Position numbers and translations under genes: made by a program
The notes under the pieces: model-generated
What the model saw: the letters and a program-made list of their open reading frames with translations, nothing else
The model's database searches: none
What the model was told of the DNA's origin: nothing
DNA from: Moniliella sp. 'wahieum'
Lineage: Eukaryota
Direction of reading: 5' to 3'
Assembly (NCBI GenBank): GCA_003971905.1
Contig: RSEE01000071.1
Span: forward strand, 124,001-188,000
Length of the DNA: 64,000 nt
In this document: one piece after another, positions 1-11,727 of the stretch
Position numbering within the stretch: the stretch's first letter is position 1
How the letters are laid out: each line of letters begins with the position of its first letter

Positions 1-417
1 TGCTCAGGCTTTCATCAGGTTTCAGGCCCTCACGCGGGGCCCATCTATTCTCTCTAGACTTGCCACTGGCTTGCTTTGAACCCATCTGGCAGACCTTCAT
101 GCTCCAAGTCCCGCGGCTGCTGTACGTACTAGCTGTACCTGTAGCTGTACTTGTAGCTGCACCTGCAGCTGTGACTGTCGGTGTAACTGTAGCTGGTGCT
201 CAGCGCATCCTTTGGTTGACCCATTGCCTCGGGCCTGCGTCCCCCGACGTTGGCAACCAAGCCAAAGGCGCTTGGGTAGGGTACTTGCCTCCCTCTCTGG
301 CTTGTGAACGATGGGATCCTAACGCTCCTTCTTTCAGTCCCCACGTGCCTCTCCCACCCCGCGCCTCGTATCCCTCCCCCACATAACCATCAAACCATGC
401 GGAAGCACACTGGAGCT

Positions 418-418
<1 letters not shown>

Positions 419-453
<35 letters not shown>

Positions 454-454
454 C
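419..454. repeat. (GCAC)9 microsatellite
   Basis: Perfect tetranucleotide tandem repeat read directly from the sequence. Confidence 0.95.
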
Positions 455-634
455 CAACACAACAAGATGGGCGATGAGGTCGATAAGATGCAATGAAGAG
501 TACGTACGGCCCGGACTTTGTTTGACGGGCGAAAAAGGAGCGGAAAGCAGAGTGTTAGAACTGGTACCGACAAGGCCAAGGGACGGCAAGGCAAGGGTGA
601 GAGGGGAACTTCCACCCTGTTACACACACCCCTG

Positions 635-1561
635 TTACACCACCCCTGCTACACCACCCCTGTTACACACTGTTACACCATCCCTGTTACACCACCGAGC
701 TGGGGTCCATCGTGTTCCCCCCTCGGCTTGTGGCTCGGCTTCCTCTTCGTCGTCCAGCCAGCTCTGCTCGACGTCGCCTGACCGCCTCACGTACTCCCGC
801 ATGTTCTCACGGTAGAGCGAGGCAGCTTCCACGTTGGCCGGGCTGTGGGAAGGCAAGGGAAAAAGGAAGGGAAAGAAAGCGATGGGGTTAGTTGGTTCGT
901 TTGTTCGTGGTTCGGATGCGGCTGCACTGTGCTTTGTTGCTACCTTTCATCCTCCTCTGGCCGCTCCCCGAGCCAAGCCGAGCGCAGCACAGGAAGGAAG
1001 GGAAGGGAAGGAAGGGAGGAAGGGAAGGGAAGGAAGGGTGAAGGGAAGGGAAGGGAAGGGAAGGGAAGGGAAGGGAAGGGAAAGGAAGGGAAGGGAGGGA
1101 AGGGAGGGAAGGGAGGGAAGGGGGAAGGGAAGGGAAGGGAAGGGAAGGGAAGGGGAGAGGGGAGGCAAGGCCAAGGCCAAGGCCAAACAGTCCGTACGCA
1201 CCTATTGGGATTGGGATCATGCAACAGCGACTGAATCGAAGTCAAGATGGCCGTCACGTCGTACGTGGGGCTCCAGCGGTTCTGCAAGATGTCGAGGCAC
1301 AGTTCGCCATTGGCATACACGTTGGGATGGAACATCTTGGTGAGAAACTTGACGTGCGGCGGACGCGCAGGGTACGTCTCATCAAACGTCAACACCAACT
1401 TGAACGTGCCATCTTCAAACGGCGTTGCCGACGGACCAAAGATGACTGCATTCCATACCATCAGGTTGTCCCCAACGGGCGCACCGGAAATTCCCCCGGC
1501 GGATCGGCCGAGAGAGACGCTTAAAGTCCCGGATGAGACGCTTGCGCGAGGGTGTGGCCAT
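635..1561 (-). CDS. RAD6: Ubiquitin-conjugating enzyme E2 Rad6/Ubc2 (2 exons; intron 843-1201; indels near 1505 and 780; 3' end approximate)
   Basis: [16 protein letters not shown]...[21 protein letters not shown]...[26 protein letters not shown]...[26 protein letters not shown]...VEQSW plus acidic tail; GTGCGT donor at 1201, CAG acceptor at 845-843. Confidence 0.95.
990..1160. repeat. Imperfect (GGGAA)n purine tract inside the RAD6 intron
   Basis: About 170 bp of nearly pure A/G on the + strand. Confidence 0.95.
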
Positions 1562-2324
1562 AGGAAAGGGGAGGCAGGTGGATGTGGATGTGGAGGCGGA
1601 GGTGGAGACGGAGGCGAACGCAAAGACAAAGCCAAAGGCGAGATGGAGGTGGAGGTGCGGGACACACCGTAGCGGCTGTGAGTGGCAAATGGGGTGCACG
1701 AGGCTGGACCAGGCTGGGATGGCATGCTTGCTGCGTCGCTATCACGCTCGCCCTGTGTGCATGTGACGGGTGACGGGTGATGGCCATGCGTGGGAGCCAG
1801 CAGAGAGCACGAGGAGGCACGGGGTCTCTCTTGCCGCCTGCGGTCACCTGACCAGAGCGGCGGTGCAACAAGAGCCTGGCCGCAGGGGGGCCGCCTGTGC
1901 TTGCAGTGGCGCTTGCTTTGCCGTCGCTGCTGCCGCGGCGACGCACAGACAGCCCGGTGCGGTGGTCCTACATTAATTGGTACACGAGTATCACGATCGC
2001 TCGCTCCCCTATCCCCCTCCCACGCCTGCCATTTCAGCGCGCTCAGCTCGCAGCTCAGCCCAACAACGCGCCTTGCGCTCTCGGCGTTTCATAGCAAGTA
2101 TACAGGTGCATCCGGTCTTGGTGCCAACAGCAGTACTAACCGGCACGTCAGACAAGGTGAAAACATACCAAAGACAAGTACAGCATGTGCGGGGGCCATG
2201 GGAAGAAAGGGGGAATACAAGGGACAGAAGGGAGACCTCGTTTCTCGCCAGCGCAGAGAATCGAACCCGGTGCCACGGACTGGTTGATCCAACGGTGGCA
2301 GCCTTGGATCCGCGGCCCACACCT

Positions 2325-3386
2325 TCACGGTACACTACACTCAGAATTCCCGTTTGACCATCGGCTTGGATTCGCTCTTGACAACCGGTTTGGACTCGGA
2401 TTTGACCATCGGCTTGGATTCGCGTTTGATGGCTGGCTTCGACTCGTGCATGCAGCAGAAGAAGAATGAGAACGCCATCGATGGGAGCCGGAGCCACCAC
2501 GTCCACCACGTCCGCGCCCGCTGCTTCCTCGCCCACGGCCCCTTCCCCATCCACTCCCACCCCCACTCCCACTTCCACTTCCACCCCCACTCCCACTTCC
2601 ACCCCACTCCCACTTCCACCCCCACTCCCACCTCCCCACTGGTTACCCCCCCGCCTCCGCCTCCAAAGGAGCCATAAGATTGAGCACGCCCGCTGCCATA
2701 GGACGACGTGGTTCGCATGGGAGCCAAAGGCTGAGCACGTGCGCCGCCATACGAAGACGCTCCACCATACGACCCTCCGCCATATGATCCTCCGCCATAC
2801 GACCCGCCGCCACCATACGAAGACCTGCCGCCACCGTACGAAGACCCACCGCCGCCATACGACGATGCACCGCGCCCCAGCCGTGGCTTCCTCGCTGTCG
2901 GTCCATCCACTCTTCAAACGTCTCGTAATCGTAGGCAGAGGCCTCGAAGTCATAGTCGTCCTCTGCACTGTCCATAAAGTCGCTCTCGAGGTAATCCAGG
3001 CGGTACGCACCGGCGTTGGGGAGCGGCTGGGCACGCGGGGGGTCGGCGGCTGGCTCCGGTTTGGCGGGAACCAGGGCGGATGCGAGTTCTGGTTTAGCAG
3101 AAACAGGTCCGGTTGTGGGCTCTTGCTTGGCGAGAGGGGGGTTCGGCGCGCGCGTGCTCACAGATACACGCGTAATTTCCACTTCGCTGTCAGAGTCTTC
3201 CAGCGAGTGCGAGACGGGGTGCGACTCGGGTTTGACGTTGGCCTTGGCCTTGGCCTTGTCGTCGGCGTCCGAGTCCGAGTCCGAGTCGGAGTTGAGGGTG
3301 ATGACCTCGGCCTTGGGTGGCGCCGGAGCAGGGGCTGAGGCGTATGATATGAGCGGAGACGAGGTCAGCTCCTGCACGCTGTCCAT
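2325..3386 (-). CDS. Hypothetical low-complexity protein (acidic N-terminus, GGSY repeats, RGG-like tail); frameshifted
   Basis: Joins ORF pieces 2643..3590 (from MDSVQEL at 3386), 2341..2910 (GGASSYGGG repeats) and 2325..2639 (GRGRGRG); ATG follows a C-rich leader like other genes here. No family recognised. Confidence 0.5.
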
Positions 3387-3951
3387 GGTCGGAGCGAGGG
3401 GGGGGGAAGAGGGTGGCGGGCAGGTTGGTGTAGTTGGGTATATGCCCGGAGCGACGCGCCTCGCGGAAGCGCATTTGCCCTGGGCTACGCGAAGGGGGGG
3501 GTTGCGTAAGCGCACAGGCGTCACGTGACGCGTGGTGCGGCTAGGGCGCGTGTTGCACCGAGTCGCGCGAGCGTCTTGTCGGTGCAACAAGGCCGACCCG
3601 ATCCGAGCCGAGGGGCGTCACGCGTCACGTGCGTGCCGGAGACGGCTGGCAGCACACTTGGCTTGCGCCGCAGCCGGCCCCAATCACAGATCATCGATCA
3701 TCGATCATCCCCGCCGGCACTCGTCCCGTGCCACAGCGCGCGGGTGTGGGCGTCGATATCGATAACCGACACGCGATGCTCGACAATCGCAGGACGACTG
3801 AGTTACAATTGAAATTCTTCTCGCACCTTGCGTAGTCTTCTCCAGACTCAACTGGCTCCAACTCGGCTCTCTTTTTTTTTCCGGCCTCGCCCCCCTGCCC
3901 CGCTTGCCCGCCACCACGCCCCGCCCCTCCTAGGCCTGTCTCCTCCGAACC

Positions 3952-4846
3952 ATGGCACCGCACCTCGATGGGCCCCGCCGCGAGAGCGCTAACGCGCGCA
4001 TTGCTGGTTCCGGTGTCAGCGGCATCGCGGAGCTCTTTGTCTTCCCCCCGTAGACACCATTGCCAAGCGTCTGATGAGCAACAAGGATGCGTCCAAGTCG
4101 CTTTCCCAGGTCATCTTCAAGGAACAGGCCGCCGCACCCATCGGCACCAAGGCTCTCTCGCTCTTCCCCGGCCTTGGGTACGCGGCTGGGTACAAGGTCC
4201 TGCAGCGGGTGTACAAGTTTGGTGGCCAGCCCTTCATCAACGACTACCTCCGCGCCCACCATGGCCAGGCCTTCACCAACACCTTTGGCGAGCGCAATGG
4301 AAAGTCGATGATGCAGGCCACCGCCGGCTCTCTTACAGGCATTGGTGAGGTGGTGTGCTTCTGCCACTGGACGTGCTCAAGATCAAGCGCCAGACCAACC
4401 CCGAAGCCTTCCGGTCCCGTGGGTTCCTCCGCATCGTCAAGGACGAAGGCTTTGCTCTGTACCGCGGCTGGGGCTGGACCATGGCGCGCAACGCGCCTGG
4501 CTCGTTTGCTCTCTTTGGTGGGTCGGCGTTCACCAAGGAGTACCTCTTTGGTCTGCAGGACTACAGCTCGGCTACGTGGGGCCAGAACTTTGCTGCCTCG
4601 ATTGGTGGTGCGGTGGCTTCCATCACCGTCTCGGCCCCGTTGGACGTGGTCAAGACCCGCATCCAAAACGCCAACTTTGAGTCCAACGTCGGTGGCTTCA
4701 CCATCATCAAGGACATGATCAAGAACGAGGGAGTGGGTGCGTTCTTCAAGGGTCTCACGCCTAAGATCTTGGTGGTTGGACCCAAGCTGGTCTTTAGCTT
4801 CACCCTGGCTCAGTCCCTCATCCCCCTCTTTGGCAAATACATGTAA
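3952..4846 (+). CDS. GGC1: Mitochondrial GTP/GDP carrier (frameshifted near 4045 and 4355)
   Basis: PVDTIAKRLMSN, LFPGLGYAAGYKVLQRVYKFGGQP, LLPLDVLKIKRQTNPEAF, ARNAPGSFALFGG, FFKGLTPKILVVGPKLVFSFTLAQSLIP closely follow yeast Ggc1. Confidence 0.93.
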
Positions 4847-4960
4847 TTGCATGCAATTGCCACCCCCCCCCCCCGAAAAAGCCCTTGCTGGCCTGTCTTG
4901 GTGCTTGGGCGTGTACCTGTCCTGCTATAGTGGGCGCTGCCCATCATTCCCATGTTTGTT

Positions 4961-6612
4961 TCACCCCTCTTTCGAGAATGGCTGCTCGATGCCCTTTGAT
5001 GAGGGTGCCCGAATCGGCGCAATAGGCAGTGCATTCACTGTAGTGTGTTGGACTCTTAGCCGTGTCCTTCCAAAAGCAACGCTTGCAACTCCTCCACCCA
5101 TTGCTCCCATGCCCGGATCCGTCCCGCTCAGCTGTAGCCTCAGCTGCCCGGCCGCTATCCAGAACAGCAGGACTACTTCTCCGGGAGCCATAGTGAGGGA
5201 GATCCCGAGGTCGGTCGGACAAGGAGTGAAGCAAGCGCCAGGACCTTGGTCCAGCTCGCCCAGACTCACCACCCATACCCGCCCTGGCTTTGTGAGCAAA
5301 GAAACGCTGGTCTTAACTCCCCAAATCGGCAGCGCTCCCTTGACCATTTCAGCCTCACTGTCGGCAAGTTGGATCGCCATCGCCCGTACCTCACCCCTCG
5401 CCGCGGCATAGACCTGAGGCACCGTAGCGCACAGTGGCCAGACTCGGCTGCCGGGCACACGTAGCGGATCGAGCCATTGTCGCGCATTCGACAGCCCCAG
5501 GAAAAGGGTTCCTTCGCTCCCTGCTAGATCCCCTCCTAGATCCGGCTGGGCGACCATCGCGCACGCCGTCACAAATACCGCCGCACTCACGCCCTGCTGC
5601 TCTGCAGCGGCCAGGATGCACGCGTGTCGGACCGAGACAGGGTAAGGCGATGGCACGCGCTCCCAGCCGCAGGCGCAGACACTTGCGCCTGCAACGCCAA
5701 CAGAGACGCCATGGCCATGTTCGCGTGTTCCACCTGCGCAGGCGAGACAGGACCCACATCTTCTTCCACCACCGTCTCCCCCGCGGGGGGAAGGCCCCAC
5801 CTCGCCCCCCCACCCTCGCTCCACAGGAGATACACTCAACCCATCCAGAAACGCCCCCAGTACCACGCTAGTGCCCGACACGCACAGTCTGACTTGTTAG
5901 TGCTGCTATACTTTCTCTCCACCCCCCGGTTGAACTCAGCCCGTTCGACCAACAATCCAATCTGTAACGCACCAGGATCCTTGCCCGTCGAGCCAGGCTG
6001 GCTTGGCATGCAACTCTACCGTGTCCCCTGTGGGCAAGGCGCGGTGGACCAGTGCGACCCCCCAAGCGGGCGGGACAAAGGGTTCCCCATTTGGTTCTTG
6101 GGAAAAGAGGAGCGTGTCATTGAGCCACTGCGTGGGCGGGGCTTGGGACTCGTACGTCCATATCGGTTCGGGATGCTCCTAATACGTTTGTTGGCCCGTC
6201 GCCCGGGGGTTATAATAGCGATGATGAGCTGCGTCAGTACTCAGTGTCTCGTTGTTTAACTTGCCACTGCATTGGCGTGTCACATGTCACGCCTTGGGCC
6301 AAGACGGGCGTGGAACGGCCTTGAATGGAACCGGGAACGCTCAAAAGGATGGGTGGGCAGAGGAAGGGTGCGTACAAGGTCCAACTGTACCCCGACCGCG
6401 GGCAGACGGAAGCGCACATCGAGCCAGGCGGCGCGTACTTGGTCCGTTGAAACACGCTGGGACAGCAGACAGGTGAGCGTCCACCCGGCGCTCGGGAGTT
6501 GGTCTGTAAAGGTGGCCATCCATGCTTCAGCGGGGGAGAGGGGCCGCTGCCACCTCCCATCGGTCGAGTACCACGAAGAGTGGGGCCCAGGAACGATTGT
6601 GTCTGTGCACAT
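4961..6612 (-). CDS. Putative CoA-dependent acyltransferase (Tri3/Mac-like condensation-domain family), fragmented, possibly a pseudogene
   Basis: Ordered family-like motifs across frames: WQRPLSPAE, VRAAWLDVRFRLP, GTSVVLGAFLDGL, ILAAAEQQGVSAAVFV, NARQWL, VVSLGELD, FWIAAGQLRLQL. Confidence 0.45.
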
Positions 6613-7264
6613 GGGACAAAGCAGACGAAGGAAACCAAGACAGCCGGGCGGTTCAGGATACAGGTGGGGGAGAAGTGTGGGGAATAAACAAGGTAGATGA
6701 GAAACGTGTTGTGTGGGGGTGGGACAAAATCAAACGAAAGAAAATCCGGGTTGTTAAGCCCCTATATATATGCTTCCGTGTGTCACAGGTGGCAGGGGGG
6801 GGGGCTGTACTGGTTCAACGCCATATATCCATCCACTGTGGGGCTACTCTGGCCAACGTCACCATGCCGCGATATTCACGCGGCCTTTTCACATTCGAGG
6901 CATAGACACGGGCATATACGCGAACGCGCGGCTTTGCGAAGCTGGCGCAGCCGCGCGAAGGATACAGAACTACGCGGTCCTTCCGTACACACTGCTCTCC
7001 TAGTATAGGCATCTGCCTCCAGAGTCAAATATACGTATGGAGGCAAGACGTTGCCGGGTTTCCGACACAGATGGGGCTAAGCGTCTTTCAGCCTCCAGAG
7101 CTTCAGCGTTCTGAGGCGGTACCTTCAAGGGACATGATGGAAAAGCAAGAGCAAGTCAGGCCAAGGAAGCATGGTCAACACTTCATCAGCTTCACCAGCT
7201 GCGTTAAATGCAGGTGTCTCATGCAAAGCCTACTGTTTCGTTACTGCCAGAAGAAGGCATCAAT

Positions 7265-7370
7265 GGTCGGATGGTGTAGTTGGTCATCACGTACGCTTCA
7301 CATTCTGAAGCTCCAGGCCTCAGCACTGCTGGGACGCGTAAGGTCCCCGGTTCGATCCCGGGTTCGACCA
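7265..7370 (+). tRNA. tRNA-Val(CAC) with 32-nt intron (7303-7334)
   Basis: GGTCGGA/TTCGACC acceptor stem, A-box TGGTGTAGTTGG, anticodon stem TACGC/GCGTA around TTCACA^C, B-box GGTTCGATCCC, T-run downstream. Confidence 0.93.
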
Positions 7371-7622
7371 TATTTTGACATCCTGTTCCTTTTTTGTCTC
7401 CCTACTGCAAGTGTATGGGTTATACAGCGCGAATGCCAGCCCATAGGGAAACCGCCAGCAACAGCGAAGAGGTAGACAGCGATCATCTTTTGTTTCCCTT
7501 GCACAGGTGGCGTTTGCGGGGCCAAAAAGCGAAACCTAATATCGGCCGGTTTTTCCTTGCTCCATGGTCGGGCTTGGCTAGCATCGATTGACCAAGCTTT
7601 TAGGAACAAAGAAAAAAAGAAG

Positions 7623-7694
7623 TGGACGAACAGGGAATTGAACCCCGGACCTCATGCATGCTAAGCAAGCGCTCTACCCCTGAGCTATCCGCCC
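7623..7694 (-). tRNA. tRNA-Ala(AGC)
   Basis: Reverse complement GGGCGGATAGCTCAGGGGTAGAGCGCTTGCTTAGCATGCATGAGGTCCGGGGTTCAATTCCCTGTTCGTCCA; G3:U70 alanine identity pair; oligo-T terminator follows. Confidence 0.95.
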
Positions 7695-8428
7695 TTGAGT
7701 GGTAGAAAGGTGAATGTCAAAAGGCCTACATATCCCGATCAAAGGGTAGGTAGCGGGCTGAAGTTCGTGTGAGATGCTTGCTACCAACCCGGCTCCTCAT
7801 GTAGATGGGCTGATACGCTGGTGGCTGAACTGAGCCTCAGGCCGTAGAGTGCTGTCGTAGCGGGTCTTATCACCTTTTAAAGGCTTTGAGGTAACAATAA
7901 TACCTGGGCCAGTTGAGTCCGAACCTCTTCCAAATAGAGGGGTAGTGCTGGGAAAAAGGCACTGACAAAGAAAGGAGAAAATGATCAGAACAACGGAGGA
8001 ACGCGCATCGGGTCCGTCATAGTTTCCTTTGTCGGGCACGAATGGTGTCAGAACTTGCTGGTTAGAGGCGGTGGTCACTAGCTCACTGGCCACTTCCGAC
8101 CTCTGTTTCATAGCCCCGCGCATATAGACGTTGTGCGCCATTCTCCGATGAGGCAGTTCCGAGAGGGTGCAAAACAGGTGTCTGCATGGTTGTTGGAATG
8201 GCAGAATAATGGGATGCATGGCCTAGGGCAACCGACCTAAATACATCCAATCTATGAATCGGACCCAAAAAACAAAATGCTGAGGGATGGATTCGAGACC
8301 ATTGCACACCGAGGCCGCGTGCGCGCCAAGCTCCTGAAACGGTGCTCAATCCGTAATGGGCCTAGAGAGAAAGCACATGGGAAGGGGGAGATACGGCACC
8401 GAACGGCGGTGGATCCATAGATTTTCAC

Positions 8429-10477
8429 TTAGTACTTGCGGGCAAACGGTGCCACGCTCTGGCACTCGTTCTCGTCCAAGGTAGTGGAAATGACAGGGCG
8501 GTAGTCCAACTTGACCTTCTGCTCTCCCGGCTGGACAAAGTCCACGGCCGTATCCCACGACAGGGTGTGCTTCATCCAGTTCACATCGTCACGGTCGGGG
8601 AAGTCCTCACGGGCATGGGCACCACGCGACTCCTTCCGCGCGGCGGCAGCGTGCATCGTCTGCGTCGCACACGACAAGAGGTTGCGCAGTTCCAGCGTCT
8701 CGTACAGATCCGTGTTCCAGATCAGCGAACGGTCCTTGATGCCCACCTGGGGCAAAATGTCGGCCACATGGTCAATCTTCTTCTTGCCCTCGTCCAAAGA
8801 CTCTTGCATTCGGAACACAGCCGCATCGGTCTGCATGACCTTCTGCATGTGCAACCGAATGTCCGACGTGTGCTGCGGACCGTTCGAGTTGCGAGCAATG
8901 TCCAGGTCGACAATCGCCTTCTTGCCCGCATCACCTTGCAGCGGCTTGTGCGGTGCACCGGGCGTCGAGTTCTCCTTAATGTGGTTCGCGCACGCACGGC
9001 CAAACACAACAATGTCCAGCAACGAGTTGGCACCCAGCCGGTTCGCTCCGTGCACCGACACACACGCCGTCTCACCAGCAGCATACAGACCCTTGACCAC
9101 CTTGTCCTGGCCATTCTCATGCGTCAGCACCTGACCCTGGTAGTTGGTCGGGATACCACCCATGTTGTAGTGCACCGTGGGCAGGACCGGGATCGGCTCC
9201 TTGGTCACATCCACACCAGCAAAGATGGCGGCCGTCTCCGAGATACCGGGCAAACGCTCGTGGAGAAGTTTGGGAGGCAAGTGCGACAGTTGCAGGTAGC
9301 AGTGGTCCTTCTCCGGACCCACACCACGACCGGCACGAATTTCCATCGTCTCCGCACGCGAAACAACGTCACGCGAAGCCAAGTCCTTGGCCGTGGGCGC
9401 GTACCGCTCCATGAACCGCTCTCCCTCCGAGTTGAGCAGGTATCCACCCTCTCCACGCGAGCCCTCGGTAATCAGGCACCCAGCACCGTAGATACCAGTG
9501 GGGTGGAACTGGACAAACTCCAAGTCTTGCAGAGGCAGGCCGGCACGCGAGACCATGGCCATACCGTCACCAGTGCAGGTGTGGGCCGAAGTGCACGAGA
9601 AGAAAGCACGTCCATAGCCACCAGTAGCAAGGACAGTGTTGTGGGCGCGGAAGCGGTGGATCGTCCCGTCCTCCTGGTTGATGGCCATCACGCCCACGCA
9701 CTCACCGTCCTCCATGATCAGGTCCAGCGCAAAGAACTCGATAAAGTAGTTGGACTTGTGCTTGAGCGACTGACCATAGAGGGTGTGAAGCATAGCGTGG
9801 CCCGTGCGGTCCGCGGCAGCGCAGGTACGGTACGCCTGACCACCCTTGCCGAATTGGAGCGACTGACCACCAAACGCACGCTGGTAGATCTTGCCCTCGG
9901 ACGTACGCGAGAAAGGAAGACCGTAGTGCTCGAGCTCAATCACGGCGCGGGGAGCCTCGCGGGCCATGTAGTGAATCGCATCCTGGTCACCAAGCCAGTC
10001 CGAGCCCTTGACCGTGTCGTACATGTGCCAGCGCCAGTCATCCTCGGTCATGTTGCCGAGCGCAGCGTTGATACCACCCTGGGCGGCGACGGTGTGGGAA
10101 CGGGTGGGGAAGAGCTTGGTGATGCACGCCGTCTTCAGGCCGGCTTCAGCAAGACCCATGGTGGCACGCAGACCGGCACCACCAGCACCGACCACGACGG
10201 CATCGTACCTGAGGAGGACAAGAGGGTTAGCAGCTGGCTGGCAAGGAGGGGATGGGGGTGGCGGCAGGAGAGCAGGAGGGGGAGTGGAGACGCACTCATG
10301 CTCGATCACCTGGTAGCCCTGGGGCGCATCCAGAGGGGAGGACGTCTCCTTGGCACGCAGCGGCTGGGACGCAACGACGCGGCGGGCAGGCGCACAGGCG
10401 GAGAAGGAGCGGGAGACGAGGGGGGCGCGGAGGGCGGGGACCGCGGTGCGCAGGGCGGAGCGGCCAAGGGCGAACAT
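8429..10477 (-). CDS. SDH1: Succinate dehydrogenase flavoprotein subunit (mitochondrial presequence; in-frame 87-nt intron 10209-10295)
   Basis: [18 protein letters not shown] motif, [16 protein letters not shown] covalent-FAD histidine motif, [39 protein letters not shown]...GCTAAC...CAG intron. Confidence 0.98.
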   Translation of the reverse strand: MFALGRSALRTAVPALRAPLVSRSFSACAPARRVVASQPLRAKETSSPLDAPQGYQVIEHECVSTPPPALLPPPPSPPCQPAANPLVLLRYDAVVVGAGGAGLRATMGLAEAGLKTACITKLFPTRSHTVAAQGGINAALGNMTEDDWRWHMYDTVKGSDWLGDQDAIHYMAREAPRAVIELEHYGLPFSRTSEGKIYQRAFGGQSLQFGKGGQAYRTCAAADRTGHAMLHTLYGQSLKHKSNYFIEFFALDLIMEDGECVGVMAINQEDGTIHRFRAHNTVLATGGYGRAFFSCTSAHTCTGDGMAMVSRAGLPLQDLEFVQFHPTGIYGAGCLITEGSRGEGGYLLNSEGERFMERYAPTAKDLASRDVVSRAETMEIRAGRGVGPEKDHCYLQLSHLPPKLLHERLPGISETAAIFAGVDVTKEPIPVLPTVHYNMGGIPTNYQGQVLTHENGQDKVVKGLYAAGETACVSVHGANRLGANSLLDIVVFGRACANHIKENSTPGAPHKPLQGDAGKKAIVDLDIARNSNGPQHTSDIRLHMQKVMQTDAAVFRMQESLDEGKKKIDHVADILPQVGIKDRSLIWNTDLYETLELRNLLSCATQTMHAAAARKESRGAHAREDFPDRDDVNWMKHTLSWDTAVDFVQPGEQKVKLDYRPVISTTLDENECQSVAPFARKY

Positions 10478-11727
10478 GGCGGCGACGCAGCGGTGGTGTG
10501 GTGGTCGTCGTCGGTGCGAGAGAACGAAGGGGACGAGCCACCTTCCGTCAGCGCTGAGCCGAGCCTGGCGCCGTGAATGAAGACCGGATGCACCGAACGC
10601 GCCCCAGCCAGCGGCGAGCGGGTCGCGACACAGCCCCCGTGCTGCCGCGCCGCCAGCAATTAATAATTCCGGGGGCGACACAGCCCCCGTGCGGGGTGGC
10701 CCACCGCGACGGATGGGCCGGTCCGGCCCAGCCCGGCCTGCCGCCCGCCCGCGCCCGACGGGCACAGCGCCACTGTGCGGGGTGCTGCTGCTGCCCGCTG
10801 CCTCGGCCCGTGCGGGTTTTGTCAGCTGGCCTTTGCGGCCTGGACGAGGCGGACGCAGATTGCCCCACACACATCGCCATCGCCGCCTCGTCCGCCGCCT
10901 CGCTTCATCACCAGCTTCTCAGATCCCACGTGTGCCTCTCTCTTACTTCCCCGACTGCCAACCGTAGTGGAAAAGAGGGCGTGTGACATGTGATATACCA
11001 TTGCTTGTATTGAACGCAAACGTTGAAGATGGGAGGGCGGGAACTCCTGTTCCGCGAGGCCAATGAGGCTCAGCTAAACGACGTGGACTCATCTTGACCC
11101 CCAGCAACCACACTGTTTACCTTTATGGCACCAAATGATCCGCCATGGCCCTCCCACACTCAAAGGGGGGCACAAGCCATTCGTCTCGCTCCAGATGATC
11201 ACAGATGGACACGCACGCCATCTTCGATCATCATGATCTGCCACATCCCTTCCTCTTTCTCGCATGCCCTTTCCATTATCGACGAAGCGCCCCTCCTGTA
11301 AGTGCTGTGTGAGCGTACACCCTTGGTCCCTCGCTTCAAGATCCATTTGCCAGCTTCAACAGTCAACTCTGCTGTATTTCAAGAGACGATTGGAGGAGAC
11401 ATGGACCACAATCGGTGAGTACAAACCTGCTGGAAAGAAAAGTGGATGGGATGCACTCGTCTGAGAGAAGGCACAAAAGATGTTCCAGTACCCTGTTGGA
11501 TGCATCCGACAGAGGCCTTGGGGGGGGGGGGGTGAGACGGCTAATGTGGTGAAAGAGACAGCACTCGGTGAACAAGAGCATGGTAATTGAATGGCCAATG
11601 ACGGAGTGAGGTTGGACGGTCGACGAAATCGAAAAGAGAGGCATAACCAAGAAGAGCAACAATAACTGTAGTACCCAACTGCGTAACCGTTTCCCCTGGC
11701 CTCTCTCGCCCCCCCCATCAGGTCCAC

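Noticed and set aside
60..386. 108-aa ORF with (GCTGTA)-type hexamer repeats at the window start
   Set aside because: Low complexity with no recognisable domain; it may be the end of a gene outside the window, but strand and frame cannot be determined.
616..695. Spaced CTGTTACAC repeats that superficially resemble a CRISPR array
   Set aside because: Units and spacers are far too short, there are no cas genes, and the context is eukaryotic; a degenerate minisatellite at the RAD6 3' end.
2240..2300. Minus-strand B-box-like GGTTCGATTC with an adjacent TGCCAC...GTGGCA hairpin (tRNA-like)
   Set aside because: Mismatched T-stem, no matching acceptor 5' strand, and no A-box or D-arm; a cloverleaf cannot be built.
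7797..8219. Minus-strand ORF with a GTGAGC...CTAAC/CTGAC intron-like signal and a hydrophobic stretch
   Set aside because: Splicing as read leads to an immediate stop, and no homology was recognisable; not enough support.
8567..10576. 669-aa + strand ORF
   Set aside because: Antisense shadow of SDH1 caused by GC-rich codon bias; no recognisable motifs.
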